Shown here: piece by piece, positions 53,160 to 64,000 of the stretch
Layout of the letters: every line of letters begins with the position of its first letter
How positions within the stretch are numbered: position 1 is the first letter of the stretch
DNA from: Monocercomonoides exilis PA203
Taxonomy: Eukaryota > Protista > Preaxostyla
Length of the DNA stretch: 64,000 nt
Direction of reading: 5' to 3'
Assembly (NCBI GenBank): GCA_001643675.2
Contig: LSRY02000041.1
Coordinates: 248,001-312,000 of the forward strand
Made by a program: the position numbers and the translations under genes
The notes under the pieces: generated by a model
What the model was told of the DNA's origin: nothing
Database searches by the model: none
Seen by the model: only the letters and a program-made list of their open reading frames with translations

Positions 53160-53454
53160 AGTCCCTTCAAGAAAATAAAAAAAATCTATGCTAAAATAAA
53201 ATAAGTTGCATAATTATATATGTGATCGATTTTTTTTTTATTTGAATACATAAAAATAAAATTTCAAAAAAAAAAATATTAAATAATATAAAATAAAATA
53301 AAACTTTTCAAAAAATAATATTATGAAATTATCAAATCCTTATTTTCTCTTTTCCTTCCTTCTTTTTTTCTTTCTTTCTTTTTTTCTAATTTTAATTTGA
53401 ATTTAAAGATTTGTTCATGGACAAATTTCAAAAAATCCAAAAACGTTTAAAAGA

Positions 53455-53721
53455 ATAAATAATAATTGGGTGATTCTTTTTGAAAAGTCACATATGTTTA
53501 ATTTTCTGATACTTCAAAAATTTTATATTTTGATAAATATTTTGTTAACAAATAACAAACTTATATTTTAATGGAATTTATTTCTTAATAATGCTATTTA
53601 ACACATTCATGAGAAGATTTGTGCGTGGAAACAGAAATTTGAGCAAAATAAGAAATATTTGATTTATTTGAAAATTAAACATATGTGACTTTTCAAAAAG
53701 AATTACCCAATTATTATTTAT
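53455..53721. mobile_element. 267-bp MITE-like element with 52-bp inverted repeats
   Basis: 53455-53506 and 53670-53721 are reverse complements at 51/52. Non-coding AT-rich interior. Confidence 0.75.
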
Positions 53722-53816
53722 CAAACATAATTTTTCTGATATGGCTAATCATTTTTGAAATCAGGCTTTCAATCGAAAATTTCGTAATTATCTCTCAATA
53801 AGATATATGTCGAAAC

Positions 53817-56800
53817 TAAGGCTGTCTGACCTGACAAATCATTTTTTGTCTCGTCCGTCACTGAAGAAAAAAAAAATAAATTAAAATAAAAAATAAAAAT
53901 AAAAAAATAAAAATAAAAAAATAGAATTTCTATCTAAGTTTTTTGGTGTAATTATTTATTAGTCAAAATTTGACAACAATTTATTTATCAAAAAAATATG
54001 CCATTATAAAATATTTAACCTATTTCAAATAATTCCTTCCAATCTCCTGTTTTTCAAAAATATTTCAAAACGTATTTTATCAAGGCTTTCTTATCTTTTG
54101 GTGTTGCAGCTAACTTATATTTCAAAAGGAATCTTTTTGGTTAAAAGAAATGATGAAGATATTGAATTTTTTTGATTGAAGTGGCATGATAAAACTTTTT
54201 GATTCATCTCCAAAGACAAAACGAAGGTTATGTTTATTAATTATTATTATTCGCTGTATAAGTTTTATTCATCATTGTGTATTTCTTTTTTTGTCAATAA
54301 TTTATTCACATTGTTACAACATGCTGAAAGAAAGAATAAATTATTTCAAAAAAAGAAGCAGCAGCAAGAGGAGTCACAGATCTCTGAGTGTATTTTGTTA
54401 ACTCCTCACACTCTTGATCCTTCATTGACAACTTCACTTTCCTGACTCCATTTTGATTTATCTTTGTATCGGATTTATATTCGCATTTATTATTGCCTTC
54501 ATCTCACTAACAAACTTATTCACTGTCAGCTCCAGTAACTATTCTTTCTCTTGAAGAAGCTTCTCTTTCAAGTCATTCAGTGTCCTCATCCCTTTCGACG
54601 GCTTCACTTATAGCGTCTCGTTAAACTCTTTCTCATCCGAATTCTGACCAGCACCTTCTCCAAAGCCTTCTGCGCTGCTTTTTTCCTCCATTGTTTCCGC
54701 TTGTTGTACAGCCGCTGCTTCTATTCTTTGAGACGCTCATTAATTAACTCATTATATCCTTTTGTTCTCCATTTTCCTCCACTTCTTGCTGCCTCTGCCT
54801 CCTTTTCCTCCTCCTCTTCTGATTCTTCTTCTGCTTCTCTCACTGCCTTCTCCTCCTCCTCCTCCTCATTCTTCTTCTTCTCCTCCTCCTTTTTCTTCTT
54901 CTTCTCCAGCTCTGCCTCCTCATCGTCCAACACACCAATCTTATCTTCAGCCATCAGTAAGTTCCTCTTCTTATCTTTCTCTCTTCGCCTGTTTGCCTTC
55001 TGCAACCTCTCTCTCCTCTCCAATTTCAGTAACAACAGAAATTGTGTATCTTCTCAATATCCTCGTACAGCTGTGCATCAATCAAATGCAGTTTCATCAT
55101 TCGTGGCAGCGTCTTTCGTTTCACAAGATTCATCATCTTCTTTTCCTCTGCTGTGAAGTCCTTGATCGTGGGAAACTGCAGGACGTCATCCATCTCACGC
55201 GGCTCTTTCAGGAACTCACACACAGAATCCTGAGAGATGGTGGTAGACAAAGACGACTAAAGAGAAGAGGAAGAGAAGAAGAAGAGGAAGAGGAAGAGGA
55301 GGACGATGAAAAAAGGAATGAGGAAAATGTAGATAATGAAAAAAGGAAAGATAAAGACTAAGACGACTCTGATATCATAAAAAAAGAAAAAGAAAAAGAA
55401 AGAAAAATTGAAAATGTTTGAAAATATGGAAGAAACAAATGATGAATATAAAGAATTCGTTCTTTGTTCTTCAATTTCTCCTTCTTCATCCTCTTCCTTA
55501 ACTTTTTCATTTTCATATTATAACATTTCACCTAACTCATCTTTCTCTTCCTTCTTTGGCTCTCCTTCATCATTAACGACAATATTTTCTTCCACTGATT
55601 TCCCTTCTTTCTCCTCATCTTCAACTTTATGCCTTCCTCGATTCTTTTTCTTCTCTCATTGAAATAGTTTACATTTTTACAACTTCAACGCTACATTCGC
55701 TATCGAGTGAAAATAAACAATCAGCTTTCCTTCCTTAGAAACAAATGTCATTGAAAAAATTGAAATGTTCAATTCATATTATTTTTCGCATACTCAGAAG
55801 TAATAAAACTATTTTCACCAGATTTTCTGTTTTTGTTGCATATTAAGATGAGAGTAATTTTCAATTTTGAAGAATTCTTTTTTCCATTTTAATGATGAAA
55901 TGAAATCAGAAATTTCTCATTTATTTACAATGAGGGATAAATGACAAACGATGATTTTTTTGTCTCAAAAAGAATAAACTGTGAATGTTATTCATGAAAG
56001 AAGTGACGAATAAAGCTAATAAAAGGAAAGTGCATTCAGATGATCACCTTCAACGCGCTTTTGCTTGGAAAAAAAGTCGTTAATATGCGGATTCACTGCA
56101 TTGTGCTTCAAAGCAATAGCAAATGTTAACGTAAACCGTTTCCACTTCATTAAGCGATGCAATATGACTATTGAAAATTGATAAACTCTGAAGTGAACTA
56201 ATCGACGTTGTAGTCAGTGAATGAGTTTTTATAAATAATGATATAAAATTTTTTTTAGGTTTCTGCACTGAACTGTTCTAATAAAGTTTTGATGAATTTT
56301 ACAAATGAGTTGAATATTCTTGAACACAAATTCGATGTTTCTGAAATGTTCATTTGATTCGTAGCTTCATCCTCCTTCTCCTTTGACATTTCCTGAATTT
56401 CTTGGATTTTTTTTTGCTCTCGTGAAAATCGCATTTTTTTATTTTCAACGGAATTATTTTCGTTGAAATTGCTAATTGTGTTAATATCCTGTTCGCTTCT
56501 GAGTGTTTCCTGAGAAAAAGAAAAAGAAGATCTGGTTTCAAAAAAGCAAGAAGCTTTCTCTTTTTCTTTTTTTTCGCATTCGTATTGCACTTCTGCCTCA
56601 GATAGTTCAAAACTCTTTGGATGAATATCTTTCTTGAATTTGCAGCGATCAATTGATTCAAACAAAAACAATTTATCGAAATAAAAATCGAATACCAAAA
56701 TATAGCTAATATGTGAATAACGAACAATTATCACCAACAAATGTTTCAAAAAAGTTTAATAAAAGAATGAAATCAACCATATTTCCGCAATAAACACTTT

Positions 56801-56999
56801 GTGACAAATATGATCCAAATTTGTCCAAAATTAAAAAAGTGCATAAATTCATTCCATATTATTCATGAAACATTTAATGCCAATTAAAAAAAATGAAAAA
56901 AAAATGTTCTTAAAAAAATATGGGAAATGACAAGTCAAAATGACTCGTCAGTCAATTTGTCACTGACCCAAAAAAAACTTGTCAGGTCAGACAGGCTTA
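53817..56999 (-). mobile_element. Non-autonomous hAT transposon derivative (3183 bp)
   Basis: TIRs TAAGGCTGTCTGACCTGACAA and TAAGCCTGTCTGACCTGACAA (20/21). Perfect 8-bp TSD GTCGAAAC at 53809-53816 and 57000-57007. hAT dimerization-motif remnant CSESAY*RLF at ~56045-56110. Confidence 0.88.
54400..55660 (-). pseudogene. Disrupted E/K-rich ORF carried inside the hAT element
   Basis: Overlapping minus-strand ORF fragments 55026-55250 and 54721-55035 with acidic/basic coiled-coil composition. No recognisable transposase motifs. Confidence 0.45.
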
Positions 57000-57283
57000 G
57001 TCGAAACATGTTTCTGTAATCTTTGAATGAAAGTGTTGCATTCTCTTGAAAAAATATTCAACAAGAAAAAATTTTTATTTCATTTTGATCAAAATAAGAT
57101 AAATAATCCTTGGTGGATAGATTTGGAAAACATCTTGTAAAAAAAATTTTAATGATAACAGATCTCAAAATATTACTACATACAGAATGTTTCACATTTT
57201 GTCTCATGTTCATTTTCAATAATGTTCACAAGTATTTCATGTTTCCTAATAATTCACATGAGACCTAATTTTTTTGTTTGATA

Positions 57284-58273
57284 GGGTTACACTTTTACTC
57301 TGACCTATATTTTAACCCCCACCCTTTTTTTTGTGGAGCTGGCTACGGCTTGATGCAAGCTTGTAGCCAACAAAAAATAACTAGAAATGTTTATTTTAAT
57401 ATATTTTGCTTATACAGAAAAAATTTTTTAATGAAAATTATTTAACTTTGAGATCTCGGTATTTTTAAAATTTATTTTTTGATCATAAAATTGATGGTCT
57501 TTCCATGAATATAACATTCTGGAAGTTTTAAGCTACACTGTCATTACACATCTTATCCTTTTTATTGTTTTTATAACTTTTCACATTTCACAAGTTTCTT
57601 TTTCACTCGTTTTCTCATTTCATCCACTTTTCGAAAAAATGAAAATTTTTAAAGAATGATGAATTTTTGTAAAAATTTATAAGATTATCCTAAATTTATG
57701 TTAGAATGTTAATTATGTTGATATTCAAAAAAGTTTTACAAAATTTATTTTAAATAGAAAAATGAAAAACATCATTTTCGGTAGTTTTGATTTTTCCAAC
57801 CAGTAACATCTTTTCATCAAAAATTTATTTGAATATCAACATAATTAACATTCTAACATAAATTTAGGATAATCTTATAAATTTTTACAAAAATTCATCA
57901 TTCTGTAAAAATTTTCATTTTTTCGAAAAGTGGATGAAATGAGAAAACGAGTGAAAAAGAAACTTGTGAAATGTGAAAAGTTATAAAAACAATAAAAAGG
58001 ATAAGATGTGTAATGACAGTGTAGCTTAAAACTTCCAGAATGTTATATTCATGGAAAGACCATCAATTTTATGATCAAAAAATAAATTTTAAAAATACCG
58101 AGATCTCAAAGTTAAATAATTTTCATTAAAAAATTTTTTCTGTATAAGCAAAATATATTAAAATAAACATTTCTAGTTATTTTTTGTTGGCTACAAGCTT
58201 GCATCAAGCCGTAGCCAGCTCCACAAAAAAAAGGGTGGGGGTTAAAATATAGGTCAGAGTAAAAGTGTAACCC
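57284..58273. mobile_element. ~1-kb fold-back palindromic element C
   Basis: Starts GGGTTACACTTTTACTCTGACC and ends GGTCAGAGTAAAAGTGTAACCC. Near-identical inverted arms of ~450 bp with a spacer at ~57740-57820. Flanks TA/TG. Confidence 0.9.
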
Positions 58274-58563
58274 TGTGTTATTTTCTTGATTTCTCAAAAG
58301 AAATTGTAAATTCTTCACATCCAATAAAAATACAAATATAAAATTGCATTAACATTTATCAATAAAATGATGATTTTGACAATTTTTTGTTTTTTTCATT
58401 GTATTTATCGAGTGACATGTTTTGAATCAAATGAGAATATCATTGAAAAAAAAAACAGTTGAACAAATAGAAAAAAAAGAATGATAAAAATATACAAATG
58501 AAAATACACAGAAAATCAAGAACAAATGTTGTTTTTGAAAATTAATGATAGATCCCTTGAAAA

Positions 58564-61020
58564 TCAATCATTCATTTCTAATTCCTTCTCATCGTTCTCT
58601 TCATTTCTTGATCTCTTTTTCCTCACAATAACAACAACTATCACAATCACCACAACTCCCACAACAACGACAATCGGCACAACAATGGCAACAACAATCA
58701 CTCCTGTGTTTGTTTTCTTTTCATCTTTTGTTTGATCTTCAGGATTGTCAATTGGTTTCTTTTTCTTTCCCTTGATATTCTTCTCATACACATCCTCAGG
58801 CTCTGATTCTGCATCTTTTGCTCCCTCAATCCACCCAAATGTTGATTCATCGTAATCATTCGCAAACTCAAAAGCATCTTCTTGTTTGCAGAACTCTTCG
58901 AAGTCTGGGGCAATGATGAACAGAGAAGTTGTTTTCGAGCCAGCTGTGTTTGAGCTGTCAATCTCCAGGTTGTGTTCTGATGGGAGTTGCAGGTTCGATG
59001 TGGCCTTGGGCATGTCAATGAATATTGCTCCTGATTTCCCTTCTGGTGCTGAACATGACTTGAATGAGCATTTGCTTGACCTTCCAATGGCCACTCTTGA
59101 TTCTTCTGAACTGAGGGTGATATCCAACCCTGCTGCTGCTCCTTTCTCCGATTTCACTTCACTCATGTTCAATCCTTCGATTGAAACCTTTGAAAATGAA
59201 TTGCTCCCATCATCGATGCTGATTGCTGCTCCACTTTCCACATTCACTTTGCTGATGTCAACATTACTTAGTGACACCTCGCTGGCTCCAGAAAATGAAA
59301 ATGGTGATGACGAGAATGTCACAAATGAGGTTTCATCTGTGCATTTCACTGTGTCCATTTCCACAGTTCCAGATGTCACACTCACAAGACTGCTCTCCAA
59401 GGGGCTGTCTCCATCAGCATTTGAATTCATTCCTTCTTGTGTTTGTGATCCAATTCTGACAAATCGACATGTTGATATTTTCAGTGATATTGAACCTGAT
59501 CCTGCACTGATCAATGAGTCCCAATTCTTTTCTGTTGAAAAGAATTGGAATGCCAAATACTTGAATTCCACAATTCTCTGACAAGAAAAGAGAAAAGATG
59601 AAACAGAAACATTACAATCAATTGCCACTTCTGCATTTCCCTCTCCCTTGTCATTCACTCCTTCAATTGTTATTCCACTGTTAATGTTGAAACTAATGGC
59701 TTCTGCTTTGATTGGATCAGATGTTTTGACAACATCAATGAAACATTTTCCATTCTTTTCCAAGAAATCATATGCATCATATATGCTGTTGATTGCAGAA
59801 TTAATATCAATTCCATTTCCCCTCCCTCCATTCTTCACAAATGCTCTTGTCATGTTGTCTGGTTTAGTGGGAGGTGGATCAAAATACAGACTTGTAAAAT
59901 CACAAGGACTATAACTTTTGTTGTTGAATCCGACTACATACCATAAATTTTCTTTTCGTGTGTAATTGACTGCAAAACTTGCCTTCATTGCATCTGCAAT
60001 GTCTTTGAATAATGAATCATTTTTCATTTCTAAAAACAATCCAGTGTTAACTTTTGCACTACCTTCATAAGCTGCACAATTTTGAAATATCAGATTCTTT
60101 CCATCTGTTGGCCATTTCAGCTGAGATGCAGATGTGATATTTGTCATATGTAAATATATTCCTCCTGATGAAGTGCTATGAATTTTACCACCACTGCAAG
60201 AAGTGAAAGATGTTACTCCTCCGTCTCCAACAGTGAATGTGCTTTCGCTGTTGCTGCTTGAAACATATAATACAGCAGAAGAAATTGTTTGACATTCGGA
60301 GAATGTGCAACAATTCAGGATAACATCCAATTTGAATTTTTCAAGTCCTCTGATGGAAACTATTGAAGAGTCACTTGATATTTTCTTTAAAGTCACATTT
60401 GTAAATGAAACCTTATAAATAGCATTAATACCAAAAACAGCAGATGAAAATGAGGCAACACGACTTTCATCAACACATTCAACATTGTCCACATATAAAT
60501 TATCAACATTCAATTCCATAAGTGTATAATTAACAGTTCTCCCATTTGATGGTGGTCGAATGAATTGACAGTGATTTATTTTGAATTCCAAAAGATATCC
60601 ATAAATCAAACAACCATAGCCAGATTCACTTAAACTTATTGGAAAATGGAATGCCAAATATTTGAATTCCACTTCATTTTCACATGTGAACAGATGTCCG
60701 TTTGGATGCATATCACAATCTATTGCAACAATTTCATTTTTTATTCCTTTGCAGTCAACTCCTTCAATGGTGATTCCTGAACTCTTGCTGAAAGATATTT
60801 GCTGCGCTGTTAGTGCAGTTGCATCATTAACAATAAAGATCTTGCATGCTTCATCATCTCCCAGCAGATCATATGCACTTTTCAATGATTTCTTTTCCTG
60901 ATCGATCTCTGTGCCAGTGTTTGTGTCACTTCCACTTTGCTTCACATAAACTGTATAAGGTTTTCCTTCATCCAATTCTTGAGAAATTGCAAATGTGAAA
61001 ATCAGAAAAACAAAGAACAT
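58564..61020 (-). CDS. Single-pass type I surface/membrane protein, two modules (paralogue of 2989-6591)
   Basis: Likely start at ATG 61020 (MFFVFLIFTFAISQEL signal peptide), supported by the conserved upstream motif. The C-terminal module, TM and tail are highly similar to the 1200-aa paralogue. Confidence 0.9.
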   Translation of the reverse strand: MFFVFLIFTFAISQELDEGKPYTVYVKQSGSDTNTGTEIDQEKKSLKSAYDLLGDDEACKIFIVNDATALTAQQISFSKSSGITIEGVDCKGIKNEIVAIDCDMHPNGHLFTCENEVEFKYLAFHFPISLSESGYGCLIYGYLLEFKINHCQFIRPPSNGRTVNYTLMELNVDNLYVDNVECVDESRVASFSSAVFGINAIYKVSFTNVTLKKISSDSSIVSIRGLEKFKLDVILNCCTFSECQTISSAVLYVSSSNSESTFTVGDGGVTSFTSCSGGKIHSTSSGGIYLHMTNITSASQLKWPTDGKNLIFQNCAAYEGSAKVNTGLFLEMKNDSLFKDIADAMKASFAVNYTRKENLWYVVGFNNKSYSPCDFTSLYFDPPPTKPDNMTRAFVKNGGRGNGIDINSAINSIYDAYDFLEKNGKCFIDVVKTSDPIKAEAISFNINSGITIEGVNDKGEGNAEVAIDCNVSVSSFLFSCQRIVEFKYLAFQFFSTEKNWDSLISAGSGSISLKISTCRFVRIGSQTQEGMNSNADGDSPLESSLVSVTSGTVEMDTVKCTDETSFVTFSSSPFSFSGASEVSLSNVDISKVNVESGAAISIDDGSNSFSKVSIEGLNMSEVKSEKGAAAGLDITLSSEESRVAIGRSSKCSFKSCSAPEGKSGAIFIDMPKATSNLQLPSEHNLEIDSSNTAGSKTTSLFIIAPDFEEFCKQEDAFEFANDYDESTFGWIEGAKDAESEPEDVYEKNIKGKKKKPIDNPEDQTKDEKKTNTGVIVVAIVVPIVVVVGVVVIVIVVVIVRKKRSRNEENDEKELEMND

Positions 61021-62719
61021 GTGTTTTGATGTTTCTTGATCAATATCACAACAGATCAACACATCCTTAATTCAAACATAAACCGGATGCAATTGATGGT
61101 TTCCTCATCATCCAAGATCATTTGAAAAGTGAATTTTTATCGTTAGAAAAATGCCTCAACAAATAAAAGCTCATATTTGAAGATCAGCCCATTTAATAAC
61201 AGAAAAAAAGTAAACGCCCAAAAAAATATTTTGTAAACCCATGCATTAAATGAAGGATTAGAAAAAAATAAAAAAGTCAAAATGAGTAACATGAGAAAAT
61301 AATTGAAATTGGACTGAAATAACATCTCAAAATGCTAGAAGATTCATGACGTTCAAAACAAAAACTTATTTATTTCAAAAATGAAAATTCTCTTCAAGAA
61401 AAAAATGTTTCAAGTGACGATTTATAAATTTAATAATAATGACTGTTTCAACATCAAAAGAGGTTTGCTGTTTGATGTCAACGAACAAACAGTTTGGATT
61501 CATCTTTTAATAGAAATTATTTTGAATAATTCATAGTCTGAATTTCAAAAAACAAGGACAAACATCTACAATGGATGTTATTTCATATTGAAGCAATGCA
61601 TAATTCTCAAATCACATGGTGATTTGCATTGAAATGTATCTTGATTTTCTTTCGTCGAATCATTGAGCATTTCTTCTTCTTCGAATGTTTCTGTGATGAG
61701 CGAGAGATTCACAAAATCACCACCTCTCTCTATTTTGTTTTATGATGAATGGAATAGTGGTGAAAAGAGTTTTAATATGGATTCATGATACAGCGCATGT
61801 GTTTGTTTTTTTAAGAAAAACTCTTAATCTTTTTCAATCAGAAAATAATTCATCCATTTTTGCGAACTTCAAAAGAATTGAAATAAATGAAAAAACAATT
61901 GTTTAAACAGAAAATAATAGCAAAATTTTAATCATTGAAAAAAACAATTTCGAGTTCGACTGTTCAAGAAACAAAGAGAGAAAAATGGGAGAAAAATGAT
62001 ATTCTGACATTGCCGTATAATCATGTTAGCTTTTCTCACAATCCTCTCTTTTGAATAACATTTCCACAACTTCCCTTATAAATGGAGAGTCACAAAATGA
62101 AAACCAATTTTCATCGGTAGCACTTTCATTTATTGATAGCTTTTGATGAGGAAAGAGTATCTCTGATTTTTTCACTTTTCCTATTTCAATTGCAATAACG
62201 TTATCGAAACACATTTTGAATCAGACAAATACCATGAATTCTCGCTCCTTTTAATCTGCAATGTGAAATCACTCTTCTGCTGAGAGACAATGAGAAAAAA
62301 GATGTTTGCATCTGCTTTTTTGTGTTGATATGAAAATAACAAACGAATTGATTCAACAAAAAAATGAAAAAAATGAAAAAAATGAAAATATATCTCAAGA
62401 TACACACACATCAAACAAAGCAACAAAACCAACAATCCATTTTCAAATGAACAACTTTGAATCCTTCTCCTTCACTTACACACACACACACACCCGACAA
62501 TCCCGTCATGCTCATTCTGGTGCTTTCTCCATTGCCGTGCTGTCTTCCACCCCTGCCATCTGAAGCCCCCTTTCAGTCATCGCAACTGCAAGAATTACAA
62601 ACGGTCGCAGCCGGCACAGCGTGCTCAGCAGCATTTTCTTCACCAGATCTGTTCGGCTCACCATATACTAGAAAAATAGCATCTCAAACACCTCTACCAG
62701 CTCCCCATAGTCTTCGCAT

Positions 62720-62771
62720 TCCTCACACTCCTCACACTCCTCACACTCCTCACACTCCTCACACTCCTCAC
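62720..62771. repeat. 9-bp tandem repeat (TCCTCACAC)n
   Basis: About 5.5 perfect units. Reads EEC repeats on the minus strand, within a decayed ORF region (~62450-63025). Confidence 0.85.
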
Positions 62772-63206
62772 TTCTCTTTTTTCTGCTCAACTCTGTTTTG
62801 TCTTCCTCAATCAAGCTCTCAAACATCTCCTCAAGCAGAAAGAACGGCACACTCATTCAATAACTCACCATCTGTTCCTGCTCCTTGCCAACACATTTTT
62901 CTTGCCTTCGCTTTTGATTGCTCCACCCTTCCTTTGGATTTGTTCTTTATCTCTAACTCCATACCTAATAATGTTTCATTTTCTTCGTTTCGTTTCTTTT
63001 TCCAGTGATAGTTCATTTCCATCAATAAGTTATTAATTTGAGAAACAATTCAAAGTGCTTGAATCTTTATCTCAAAACAAACTTTTTGCGAATAAATTGT
63101 TGCCACAACGCATCTTTCTCATGAATATTGTTGAAGTGGAATTCTTTTGATAGAAAGCTTTATTGTATTAATTCTAAAATTGTTTGTAACTATTGGTCGA
63201 ATATCA

Positions 63207-63237
<31 letters not shown>

Positions 63238-64000
63238 TTGTATTCAAACAATTGCAAAATATAAAAGAACACTTATTCAATCTTTCATTGTGTTTTCTTT
63301 CAACGAATTCAAATTCTTTTTTTCAAACTCGGTTTATGTTTGCTCATTTTAAATAAACAATCTATTCAAATACAACAGAAAGAATTCTTCTCGGATTGAT
63401 AAAAGAAATTTTTATTCTAATCCAAAAACAATTTCATTAAAATGTTGCAAAATTTCACATTGTTGTTAAAAAAAGGTTGAAATGTTATAATCATTTTATT
63501 ATTATTGGTTATTATTATATCTTGACCTTTTTTTTCCCCTGTCCACTGCATTGCACAAGCCTGTTTTAAATTTATAATAACCATGAATGTTTCTAATACT
63601 TTTATCTTCTTATTGTTAATTTTTTATTCAATATTACATGTTTTTCAAAATGATCAATGATGATAAAAATTTGAAATAATTCAAAAACATAGTGTCAGTA
63701 ATTTATCTGGATTTTTTTTGTAAACAGTGCCTAAATTTTTCAATAGAAAATTAAAATTCCCACTTTTTAAATATTTATTAACGTTATCAGTATATAAGCA
63801 AACCCTGAAAATTAGGATAATTTCATTTGAATACGAAGCTTATTTCCAATGAGGGAGAAATGGGGGGAGGGGGGGAGTGTGGTGGTTAATCCCTTCCATC
63901 AAAAAAAACAAATAAATAGGTCTGGAATAAGGGGTGAAAAACCATTTAAATTCGTTTTTCATGAAAATAAAAATATGACTTAAATGAAAATTGAAAATTT

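Noticed and set aside
58112-58324. Short ORFs overlapping palindromes (also 25373-25585)
   Set aside because: They straddle element boundaries, mirror the other arm and carry no protein motifs.
62720-62771. CRISPR-like or telomeric array
   Set aside because: A simple 9-bp tandem repeat without spacers, not TTAGGG-like, lying within a decayed ORF.
63851-63886. G-rich tract with possible G-quadruplex
   Set aside because: Only three G>=3 runs, isolated, with no contextual support.

Overview
Very AT-rich eukaryotic genomic DNA with short (50-70 nt) GT-AG introns and the standard genetic code (genes end in TAA, TAG and TGA). The gene-family style suggests an oxymonad such as Monocercomonoides; this is inference, not a database result. 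Host genes are all on the minus strand: two paralogous single-pass surface proteins built from ~370-aa modules (3 vs 2 modules), three paralogues of a 3-exon E/K-rich family, a ~2550-aa receptor-like pseudokinase, an SLC45/SUT-type MFS sugar transporter and two other multi-exon membrane proteins. Between them is a dense, diverse set of mobile elements whose ends can be read from the sequence: a full-length but decayed DIRS-1-type tyrosine-recombinase retrotransposon with ITRs and an internal complementary region; a Merlin (IS1595/ISXO2-type) transposon with an 8-bp TSD; a 3.2-kb hAT derivative with an 8-bp TSD and an extra ORF; a decayed DDE_Tnp_4 (PIF/Harbinger-ISL2EU) transposase interrupted by a 270-bp MITE; a probable P-element/THAP9 fossil; and pogo-like and other MITEs. 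The most unusual structures are three ~1-kb almost fully palindromic fold-back elements.
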